Positions 53,327-64,000 of a stretch of DNA of 64,000 bases are shown here, piece by piece. Source of the DNA: Octopus sinensis (Eukaryota); contig NC_043007.1 in NCBI RefSeq assembly GCF_006345805.1, forward strand, positions 1,922,001-1,986,000. Direction: 5' to 3'. A program made the translations under genes and the position numbers. A model generated the notes under the pieces. That model did no database searches, had not been told where the DNA came from, and saw nothing but the letters and a program-made list of their open reading frames with translations. The stretch's first letter is position 1; each line of letters starts with the position of its first letter.

Positions 53327-53825
53327 TGTGCATTTGTTTTCAAGGTCTTTTTTTTTCCCCATTCAGCTTCTCTCGTTTAAAATCTTGATCCTGCTGAAGA
53401 ATCTCTTGGTTCCTTAAGTAGTCTTTGAGTAATTTCTTATCCTTTCTTTCAGTATTGATTGGAGCCTGAGCTTAGCGCCAGTCTCTATGTTGCTGCTTCA
53501 TGTAGAAATCTAAGCAAGTGGGTCACAATCACCACAGTGATAACAAAGACGAACAACGGTTTAAATTTTTTTGGAGCCAAATATTTTCTACTCGTACTTA
53601 ACATCGTGTAGGTGTACCACGTGTATATACAAATGTATAGCAAGTGTACGGTAGACTACAAAATAAGAAAAATATAAAATAAGACAAACTTAAATACAAA
53701 AATTCTTTGAAGTGGGTTTTACTGATATTTGACTTTCTGATATACAACTTTCTTGAAAATAGAAATAATATATTTCTGAATCTCTCAGAGAGATTTTGAC
53801 AGTAGCAACATGATAAAGTGATAGG

Positions 53826-54058
53826 ATGTTGTCAACTTAATGAGACAGTCCCATGAAAGGGAAGAATGCTACTGTTATTTAACCCTAGGAAACACCGTTT
53901 CCTGTTGGACTTGACACATTTTCTGTGTACTTATCTCCACTTTGAAAACGTAAGGACACAGGAAATATGTCAAGTCCAACAGGAAATGGTGTTTTCTAGG
54001 GCTAAGTAACAGTGGCATTCTTCCCTTTTATGAGACTGTCACATTAAGTTGACGACAT
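53826..54058. mobile_element. Palindromic MITE with ~95-bp imperfect inverted arms
   Basis: atgttgtcaacttaatgagacagtcccatgaaagggaagaatgctactgtt...gttggacttgaca pairs with tgtcaagtccaac...aacagtggcattcttccctt...cattaagttgacgacat. Confidence 0.8.
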
Positions 54059-55413
54059 ACCACAACTTTCTTGTAACAAGGTTTGATTACAAAATACATT
54101 CAACATGTTTATTATGACTTGACACACACGTTCACCCATGGATATACAATTATCTACACATCATTATATATCTCAGGTTAATGTAAGGAAAACAACTCGA
54201 TATATTTAACTTACCTTACAAAAACTTTGTCGGTTCATAGAAAGAGCAGAAAATCAGTCACACTGGTACAAAGCCACGTTGGCAGAAATAGGAAATAAGC
54301 AAAGGAGGGCAACATTCAGGGATGACAGCAGGTTTTCTGAGATATAGATGGACACAAAAGGGACCCCACCCCCTTTTCTGAAATATAAAACAACCTCGAT
54401 CCCAGATACAAACCAGAAGTGACTCACTTCTGATTAGTTTTGAAAACTAATACTAAACAGTAATACAGTAGAGTTATCATTAGGAGATAACACTATATTT
54501 CTGGGTATATTTCATCTCATCCAGCTTGTTGGTTGGCACAATCATTAAAGCTTCAGAGAGAATGCTTTACAATGTCTTTTGTGACTTGCTGTGCACTGAG
54601 TTCTAATCCTGCGAAAGTCAACTTCTCTGTTCCTCCTTACTGAAATCATAAATAAAGGTCTGGCTCAGTGCTGGTGCAGTCCTCTCTCTCCCTCCAGTCT
54701 TTACATCCTTGACTCCTTGACATTGCACTGAGTGAAAGACAGCATCCATGCCTGCCACTAATCATTGTCATCATCATCGGTGGTGGTGTTTGACTCCCCT
54801 CATACATGCTGGCATGGGTCGGATGGTTTGACCAGATCTAATCAGCTGCAGATCTGTGTCAGCTTTGGCAAGGTTTCCAATGTCAGCTTCAGCATAGTTT
54901 CCACTGCTGGCTTCCCTTCCTTATGCCAAGTGCTTTATAGTGTGTGCTGGGTGACTTTTCTCCATGTCACTGGCACTAGTGGGGGTCACTAAGCAACTTA
55001 CAAAACAATAAAGAACAGATAGATTTCTTTATTGGTCACGCAGGGCTGAACACAGGAGGGACAAAATACAAAGTAGAGCTTTTGTTTTTGGGAAGAAGGG
55101 AAGGGAAAAAACGAGGTTGGATTCCGATCAAAAGGGATCATGGAAAAAAAAAAGTTGGGATGATCAATAAAAAAACAGATAAAAGCCCCACCAACCAGGT
55201 GTGAGGTGTTGGGAGTATTTGAGATGAGGAATTAGCTTTATAGCAGGTGTTGAGGGGGCTAAAGTATGATCAAGGGACGAAAACAGGTGTCTTGCTATAG
55301 AGGAGATACATTGCTACTCCACATATATAAGGATGGGAACAGCTGGAAAGAAGATAAGCATGGTAGCAACGAGCAAAAGCTCTTGAGGTACAAGAAGCTG
55401 AGCATATTTCACA

Positions 55414-55765
55414 GTGGAGGCGCAATGGCCCAGTGGTTAGGGCAGCAGACTCGCGGTCGAAGGATCGCGGTTTCAAATCCCACACTGGGCGTTGTGTGTG
55501 TTTATTGAGGCTCCGGCAGGGGGTGGTGGCGACCCCTGTTGTACTCTTTTGCCCCAACTTTCTCTCACTTTTTCTTCCTTTTTCTTGTCCCCGACTTCCT
55601 ATGCAACCGCTGAGCCTGGATGCACATTCATCCATCTGTCGATGTTCTCGGTGTCGGGGGTTGACCTGCTTTCTCTTCTGCGGGTCTTATGAATAGCAAA
55701 GGACCATGATTCGGACTTCTCCCACTGCAAGCTCTGGGACGAAGACCGCTTCACTCAACAGCAAC
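55414..55765 (+). mobile_element. SINE family D with a distinct 3' half
   Basis: tRNA-like head. Perfect 13-bp TSD agcatatttcaca at 55401-55413 and 55766-55778. Confidence 0.88.
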
Positions 55766-56439
55766 AGCATATTTCACAATTCATGAAAGCTTGCTATAAA
55801 CTGCCAACTCATACTCAGTCTTGAGTGATGGTCACTGTTTAGTTTTAGTTCTTCCCCAGGGACAGACATTTTACTCATTAACATTTGTCTGTTTCTATCG
55901 TTGTATAATACTTGCAGCCACTTCGGTGATAAAACAATGATATTTTTTCAACAGTTTCTTCCAACAACAATTAAGAAATGATTAAGAACTGTCAATTCTA
56001 GCTTTGGCACTCATCGTTAATTATCATAACTGTAGTCTTTCCAAAAAAGTGGTTTAATTCATCAACTGGTATCACGTCACCAGGGAGTTGGATTCATTGA
56101 AAATGGAAGTCAACAGAACAGAAAGACAATAATTTATCACAAAAGCCTCAGTTCTTGGTAAATTCAATTTTTGTTGGGTTTTTTTTTCTCTCAATAATAA
56201 TGGCAACTGAAAGTTTAGAATTGATCGCTCACTGAGTAAGATTTTGTACATTCGTTTACTACGAATTTAATTATGATTAATTATCATCATATATTGCCTT
56301 GTTTCCAAGTCAGAAGTTACAAAAACTATTCACTATACAGCATAGTGGTACAGTGGTTAGGTCAGCTATATAGCTTGCAGTAAGCACAGTGTTCAAATCC
56401 CACAGGTAATGATACAACTTTTTTGCTCCTCCTCCTTCT

Positions 56440-56479
<40 letters not shown>

Positions 56480-56699
56480 CAGGGAGAGTTTACAAAAAAA
56501 AAATATGAAGACAGGTGGTGTACAAAACAAACAGATGTATATATATATATATATTATATATATATATATATTACCATATGAATGTGACTGTTGCCAGAGC
56601 CAAAAAACTGTCTTCCGTGCTGGTGGCACGTAAAAAGCACCATTCGAGTATGATCTTTACCTGCATCGCCTTAGTGGCAGTCCAGAAAAATAGGACTAT

Positions 56700-57022
56700 A
56701 GCCTCGGGCCTACCAAAGCCTTGTGGGTAGATTTGGCAGACAGAAACTGAAAGAAGCCTGTCGTATTATATATATATATATGTGTGTGTGTTTATGTGTG
56801 TGTATGTTTCTGTGTCTGTGTTTGTATCCCAAACATCGCTTGACAACTGATACTGGTGTGTTTACATCCCCGTAACTTAGTGGTTCAGCAAAAGAGGCTG
56901 ATAGAATAAGTACTAGGCTTACAAAGAATAAGTCCTGGGGTCAATTTGCTCGACTAAAGGCGGTGCTCCAGCATGGCCACAGTCAAATGACTGAAACAAA
57001 TAAAAGAACAAAGGAATAAAAG
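56700..57022 (+). mobile_element. SINE family A, 5'-truncated
   Basis: Homology to the other A copies. Confidence 0.75.
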
Positions 57023-58179
57023 AATGTGCATGTATGAATGTATGTATGTGTGTATATATATATGTGTGTGTGTAGGTGTATATGTATGTGTGCTTGTTTG
57101 TATGTGTGTAAATATGTATGTATGTGCATGCTTGTGGTGTGTGTGTGTGTGTGTGTGGTGGTGTGTGTGGTGTGATATTCATATACTTCAGTTTTCAGAG
57201 TTCTTCTTTAGAAACATTTAGTGAATTCTAGAAATCTGCTTTCAATTTATTTCGTTTTTAATTTATCACTTAATGAACCTGGACTCTGAAATTTGTAATT
57301 ACCTGATGTATCAATATTTTCCTGTCTTCACCTATTGCTTCAAGAACTCCTTTAACGACTTTTCATTATTTTTGTTTTAGAATATTACATTCATATAAAA
57401 TGGTTTTGTATTCTTCTGTTCGTTTTGTTCGTTTGTTTGTTGGTTTCATGAGAATTTTTGAAGAGATAATATAAAAACCTTTTTCAGGAATGTGTCAAAA
57501 ATTTGTTTGCAATCTCTTTTTAACGGTTACATAGAAAATCCAACTGCCATTCAAATACCATTTTGAATTTCAAGAATGTAAGTGAAAAATACGAGACATG
57601 ATTTGATAAATCTCTGCAAAATATGTTTGTTGTTGTTAATACAAACATATTATTGATAATCCAAGCAAAAATTACGCTGCTCATGATAAAACCAAATTTT
57701 CATAAAAGAACAGAAAAAAAAAAAAAAAAGCAGAAATCTTTCTCAATATGAGTTAATTTTCCAAATGTCTTGTGCTAAAATCATCATCGGCATTGAAATG
57801 AATGGCATTTTTCATATCAACAGCTAAAAACTTGTTTATTTTTATTTTTATTTTTTAATTTTTAATTTTTTTATTTTTTGGTTTTCAATGTTGTTGTTCT
57901 TCTTCTTCACTGTATCATTTATTCTAACATCTTCACTCTTCAGAAATTATTCCATATAATAAAATTCTTTCTTTCTTCCCATTCTTAATTTTTCAGTGAT
58001 ATCACGACTTCCTTATTTTATTTTTGTTTTATTTTTTCCACGTATATATTTCACAAACTGGGAATATTTATGTCGGATATATTAAATAAGTTTGAATTAG
58101 CTTTTAAAAGATATGGTTAATAAACAAGTAAATTCTTCCTAGAAACCATCTAATTATTAATATTGTTGTCTTTCTAAGG

Positions 58180-59021
58180 TGGGAAGCAGGCAGAAATGTT
58201 AGCATGCCAGGTGAAATGCTTAGCGGTATTTCACCTGTCTTTACGTTCTGAGTTCAAATTCCACCAAGGTCGACTTTGCTTTCCATCCTATCGGAGTTGA
58301 TAAATTAAGTACCAGTTTCATACTGGGGTTGATTTAACCAACTAGCCCCCTCCCTCCCAAATTTTGGACATTGTGCCTAGAGTAGAAAAGAATATTTATC
58401 AACTGTAAGGTGGTGAGCTGGCAGAAATGTTAGCACACCGGGCGAAATGCTTAGCGGTATTTTGTCTGCCGCTACTTTCAAATTTCGCCGAGGTTGACTT
58501 TGCCTCTCATCCATTTGGGGCCAATTAAATAAGTGCCAGTTATGCACTGGGGTCGATATAATCGACTTAATCCCTTTGTCTGTCCTTGTTTGTTCCCTCT
58601 ATGTTTAGCCCCTTGTGGGCTGTAAAGAAATAAGAAACGCTAGCATGCCGGACGAAATGCTTAGTGATATTTCATCTGTTTTTATGTTCAGAGTTCAAAT
58701 TCTGCTGACCATGGGACTGCACCTAGAAAGTTACTCTCCCAGGCACAAGTCCGGGCAAGGTTGTTTTATGGAAGGCCAGCAGTCACCCATGCATACCGGC
58801 CTCACCTCTCCATGCCACCAGTGTTATCCAAGGGAAAAGCAAAGGGGCTGATACAGCTTGGCACCTGTGACGTCGCAACTCATTTCTATAGCTGAGAGAA
58901 CTGGAGCAACGTGAAATAAAGTGTCTTGCTCAAGAACACAACACGCAGCCCGGTCCAGGATTTGAACTCACAACCTCATGATCGTAAGCTCGATGCTCTA
59001 ACCACTGAGCCATGCACCTTC
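58180..59021. mobile_element. SINE cluster: B variant (+), B (+), B fragment, then E (-)
   Basis: Three successive gaaatgcttag...gagttcaaatt-type heads, followed by an E element at 58706-59021. Confidence 0.75.
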
Positions 59022-59861
59022 ACACAACTGATATCAGAAGCCCGACATTGATTGATTAAATAACTTGAATGATTTAGTCTATGATTCTAAGTTAGGTAAT
59101 ATTTCAAGTGAATTGTATCAGATGGAGTAGGAAATTGATGGAGAAAGAAAAAAAAACTGAGAAAACCCAAGAAAAATGTTATTTTACTATTAGCCGTCGA
59201 TCCAACAATTAGAAATACAAGATGTTTAACAGTCTATGTAAAGCTAATTAAGATTAATAACTAGAAATTGGCAAAGAGATTTATGTTCTGGTTCCTGTCA
59301 TAATAGCTGAATTGTGATGATTGTGATGTCTCTAAATGTATATAAATAACGATGGTGTGTCAGCTGGCAAAGGGACAGAGGGTTTTTCGGATGAATTAAT
59401 CATGAATTGACAGTTTAAAAAGTAATAGGCAGCATAAGGATGTGGAGTTTAAGAATTTGGACAGCTGTGATTGTAGAGTCTGAAATGTAAGACACATAAT
59501 AACCTCTTGATGATCTGAAATTAAAGAGACGTAATCAGTCTTTATTGTTAATTTAGATGTTATCATGAATATATACAGATGTTGGAAGTGATGATGACAA
59601 AAAGAAGTGAAGCTGTTTGTGGTATACATTAAAGAGTCATACTGTGTAAACAAGAGAGATAAGGCCAAAAAAATATGACGACTGTCAACAAGTCAGACAT
59701 ATGGTGTCTAATTAGGGGGAACGTTTTTAAAGATTTAAGATTTAATGGTGTACTTCTGTATTGTTTCAAATCTTAATCAATAAAATAAACCAAAATAAAA
59801 AAAAAAACTCTTGCGGTTGGTAAAAATCAAGCAAGAACTGGCTTCTAACAGATATAATCTC

Positions 59862-60268
59862 TTTACTCTTTTTACTCTTTTACTTGTTTCAGTCATTTGA
59901 CTGCGGCCATGCTGGAGCACCGCCTTTTATTTAGTCGAGCAAATCGACCTCGGGACTTATTCTTTGTAAGCCCAGTACTTATTCTATCGGTCTCTTTTGC
60001 CGAACCGCTAAGTGACGAGGACGTAAACACACCACCATCGGTTGTCAAGCAATGCTAGGGGGACAAACACATACACACACATACATATATATATACATAT
60101 ATACGACAGGCTTCTTTCAGTTTCCGTCTACCAAATCCACTCACAAGGCATTGGTCAGCCCGGGGCTACAGCAGAAGACACTTGCCCAAGATGCCACGCA
60201 GTGGGACTGAACCCGGAACCATGTAGTTGGTTAGCAAGCTACTTACCACACAGCCACTCCTGTGCCTA
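59862..60268 (-). mobile_element. SINE family A, near full length
   Basis: Very similar to 6551-6954. Confidence 0.85.
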
Positions 60269-61844
60269 TAGATATTATTATTAGATATTATTATTATAAT
60301 AATAGATATTAATATTTACAGGATTGTAAAAATGGCGCTGTATAAAGAAATCCATTCACACCAAAAGCATATAGAAAGTTTGTTTACACACACACATACA
60401 GTCAGGCTTCTTTCAATTTCTGTCTACCAAATCCATTGACAAGACATTGGTCGGCCAGAAACTAATAGAAGAAAACACTTACTCAAGCATATCCTTTTGG
60501 TTTACCTGAAACGAAACACCTTAATTGAAAGCTGTATTTCTATTCAATCCTTGGCAGTGTGTCTTAATCGAGTACTTAATCAACTCATGAATAATTCTGT
60601 CCTATTGGTTTGACATTCTCCTTAATTAATGAGCAACTCTGATTCACCTCCAGTTTTAATTAGGGAGGTCCATTTGGTTGATTAATTTTCGAAATCTCCC
60701 TCAAATCCCTTCCTGTCATCTTAAAAAGAGACACATTGAGTAATGTAATATTAGATACATTGTGTCCAGAAACCAGATGAGATAGTCACTTCTGGAATGC
60801 TTTCAACCTCAATCATAGATCTGACTTCAGGTTCATCAATGTTACATACTTATCCCTTTCCTCACTCTGAAGCAGAAGCCATTTATGACTTTTCTCTTCT
60901 GTCCTCAAGTCTGGGTTATCTTTTGGCTGCTTCCCTTAATGAAGGGCTTCCTCTCCCGGGTATTATTGTAATGAATTATCTTCAATGCTTTTGCAGCTTT
61001 GCTTTTGTTTTTTAAGTAGAGGTGTTAACTTTCCACAAACTCATTTTCACCTCTAGGTAGAGCTGGTTCATATTAGCCTAGCCTCTGTTGTTTAACTTGT
61101 CCAGCATGGGAAAACTTTACCAAGAACTTGCATTCTGCTGACATAGCTCTGAGAGTCACTGGGGCATGTAGGCCACCCCACCACAATAAGGGCTGAGCAT
61201 TGCAGGGGTTAAACAGCATTAACACCCACACTCAGATATATGACATCACCCTTGTTTTTTACTCTCAAATAACATCTGCTTCCAGTATCACAGTTTTGCA
61301 AACTTGTTCATCCTCCGTAAATAATCATCATCATCATCGTTTAATGTCCGCTTTCCATGCTAGCATGGGTTGGACGATTTTGACTGAGGTCTGGCGAACC
61401 AGATGGCTGCACCAGGCTCCAATCTTGATCTGGCAGAATTTCTACAGCTGGATGCCCTTCCTAACGCCAACCACTCTGAGAGTGTAGTGGGTGCTTTTTA
61501 TGTGCCACTGGCACGGGGGCCAGTCAGGCGGACCTGGCAACGATCCAGACCATTATAAGATGCTGCATTGGCGTTTTGACAGTCTTATACTCATCACAAC
61601 TCAAATATTTTATCTCTCAACGAAATACAAATTTACTGCAAAGCATTTGTTTTACACAACTCCGTTTCATCAGCCCCCCCCCCCAAATACATGCGTTGGC
61701 CTCATCCATCATCCTGAATCATTGTCGATTGGCATAAATCGCTAAAAATGTAACCTTGCACTCTCTTCCCAGCTTCAAATTTATCTCAGAACTGGCCGTT
61801 CACACTTACTTGACATTTCCTTCGTTAATTTATGGCATTATAAG

Positions 61845-62010
61845 AAGGAACTGGATGGGAAATATTTGGTGGATTGGATTATGCCGATGATGTTGTTTTG
61901 CTTTGGAATGAAACAGCAAAAGACACAAAGAATTATATACAGAAGCTCGATGAAATAATCATAGCTGTGTGGCCTTCAAAAAAACATGAATAAAACCAAA
62001 GTTACGAAGA
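61845..62010 (+). pseudogene. LINE reverse-transcriptase core fragment
   Basis: LDYADDVVLL (YADD at 61880-61891), then after a frameshift GLQKNMNKTKV, matching the non-LTR RT motif and the downstream GLxINxxKTK motif. Confidence 0.65.
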
Positions 62011-62057
62011 GTGAATAAGCTGGCAAAAGAAAGACACCATTGAAAGGACACGTACTC

Positions 62058-62417
62058 TTTTCTGTACTCTTTTTACTCTTTTACTTGTTTCAGTCATTTG
62101 ACTGCAGCCATGCTGGAGCACTGCCTTTAGTCGAGCAAATCTACCCCAGGACTTATTCTTTTGCCGAACCGCTAAGTTACAGGGACGTAAACACACCAGG
62201 TTCGGTTGTCAAGCGATGGTAGGAGGACAAACACAGACACACAAACACACACAGATATATATACATATTACATATATACGACAGGCTTCTTTCAGTTTCC
62301 GTCTACCAAATCCACTCACAAGGCTTTGGTCGGCCCGGGGCTATAGTAGAAGACACTTGCCCAAGGTGCCATGTGGTTCATGAGCAAGCTACTTACCACA
62401 CAGCCCCTCCTGCGCCT
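62058..62417 (-). mobile_element. SINE family A
   Basis: Homology to the other A copies. Confidence 0.8.
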
Positions 62418-64000
62418 ATATACCGGAAGAGTTATATAAGATTAATAGATTAACCTCTTTGTTGCCATTGTTTATGCTAAAATGCACCACATTTGTTTCA
62501 GTTCGTTTGAAGAATAATGAAAGATTTAGAAAAATAACTTTGTTCTTATTAATTTTGAAACATGCTTGAAACATAAGTTAGTGTAAAATTTTGATGTTAA
62601 GTTTGGAATATAGAATCGGAGGTGGTCTAAGGCAGAGTGATACCAAAAGGGTTAAATATCCTGGTACTTTTCTAGAAAGGGATGTATGTTTGGAAACTGA
62701 ATTTAATGAAAGATTTAAGGCAAATCAAGCCATAGAAATCTTTTTCAGATGTTTAGAAATCCCATTGATTGTCATTTCATTTGAAAACTAAACTGTATGT
62801 GTCACTTCTTAAATGCATTTTAATCTATGGATGGCAATCATTGTAAGCTAGAAAACTTTAGCTAATTGTTTTAAAATCTATAAAAATACAACACTCTATA
62901 GAATCTTTGGAAGTCAGTTCCATGATTTTGTGAAAAAGAAAGTGGTTTGAAACTAATGGTAAGTACCGTGTATCGATGAAAAATAATGAAGAGCAGATGA
63001 CAATGGTACTTCAGTGTCAGGCTGGAGCTTTGCTAAAACACCAAGCATTAAAATGGACAGTTCCAGATACAAAAAGAGGAAGAGCTGTGCCTTGGTTAAT
63101 ACACAATCTAGAGAGGAACTGGTGATCTTGGCTAAGCAGAGGTCAAAACTGAAGTGGAGAATAAAGAAGGCTGATCAGAATTCGGGTTGAGTCTTTGTGT
63201 CAAGTGGAGCAGGCATTAACAGTAATACTAAAAGCCACTTTGCTTTGTTCAGTATCTTTTGTAGGAATGTCATACAGTTTGAAGGTTTTTCTACCATTGA
63301 AGTTTTATAAAAAAGATCTTGATAAGCTATTATAGCCATCATTTATGATTGAAGCTGATTCGATAACACATTAGTCAGGGCCATTTTAGTAGCATTATAT
63401 GTTTGTGGCTAAATCAATACAATGGGTCCTACAGGATTTACTTATTGACAGCAAGTCACAGCATAGCTGAGAATAGGGTCCGAAGACCCATGGTGCCACT
63501 AGACCTGTGGTGCCCCTGGGCAACTGCTTAGTGTTTCCTTGCCTTAAAATAACACTGATGTTAATTGCTTTGGCTAATTATTATAGTTGTTTATATAGTT
63601 ACAAGCAGACATCTCAGCCCTCTCACTCCTGATCCTGAAGAATAGTTAGGGTGTCACAACTGGAAGGAAAGGGAGCCTGCTCTAGCACTGGGTTCCCACT
63701 CATTTCAGGTGAGCAGAATGGAGCAGCACATTCTTACTTAAGGGTGCCACTCAGTCCAGAAATCAAACCTAAAACTCTGTGATGATGGGCCCAACATTTG
63801 AACCATCATCAGTAAGTAAGGAATACCTTTTCAACTGCATTTGTGCTTTCTTTGAAATCTCTCAGCTAGAATTTATTCTCTATTTTTGAAACGTTTCCAA
63901 AGTCTTCCCTACTTTTTAATATTTTTTACAAGGAATGAATTCCACTAAACTATAAGCTGTCAAAATTCTTAACCCTAGTGTTTAGATTTATAAGGCTTCA

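Overview
This is AT-rich, microsatellite-dense animal genomic DNA. The SINE families resemble octopus/coleoid repeats, but that taxon call is from memory and unverified. The only host gene I can support is a MON2 homolog on the + strand, with three internal coding exons (6328-6526, 32980-33569, 40501-40644). They join in frame at canonical GT-AG sites across introns of 26,453 and 6,931 bp. The rest is intronic: at least five short interspersed families (provisional labels A-E, several with clear TSDs), decayed RTE-type LINE fragments, a Tc1/mariner deletion derivative, a decayed hAT transposase, a probable non-autonomous Helitron, palindromic MITEs, mini/microsatellites and two local duplications. 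Nearly all ORFs in the supplied track are repeat read-throughs. I found no convincing new multi-gene system. The best leads are structural: foldbacks and inverted SINE pairs around the MON2 exons (candidate ADAR/circRNA substrates), a tandem array built from a LINE-3'/SINE junction inside a ~470-bp direct duplication, a recurrent SINE dimer junction, and SINEs with a shared head but swapped tails. Repeat coordinates were read by eye and may be off by a few bases.
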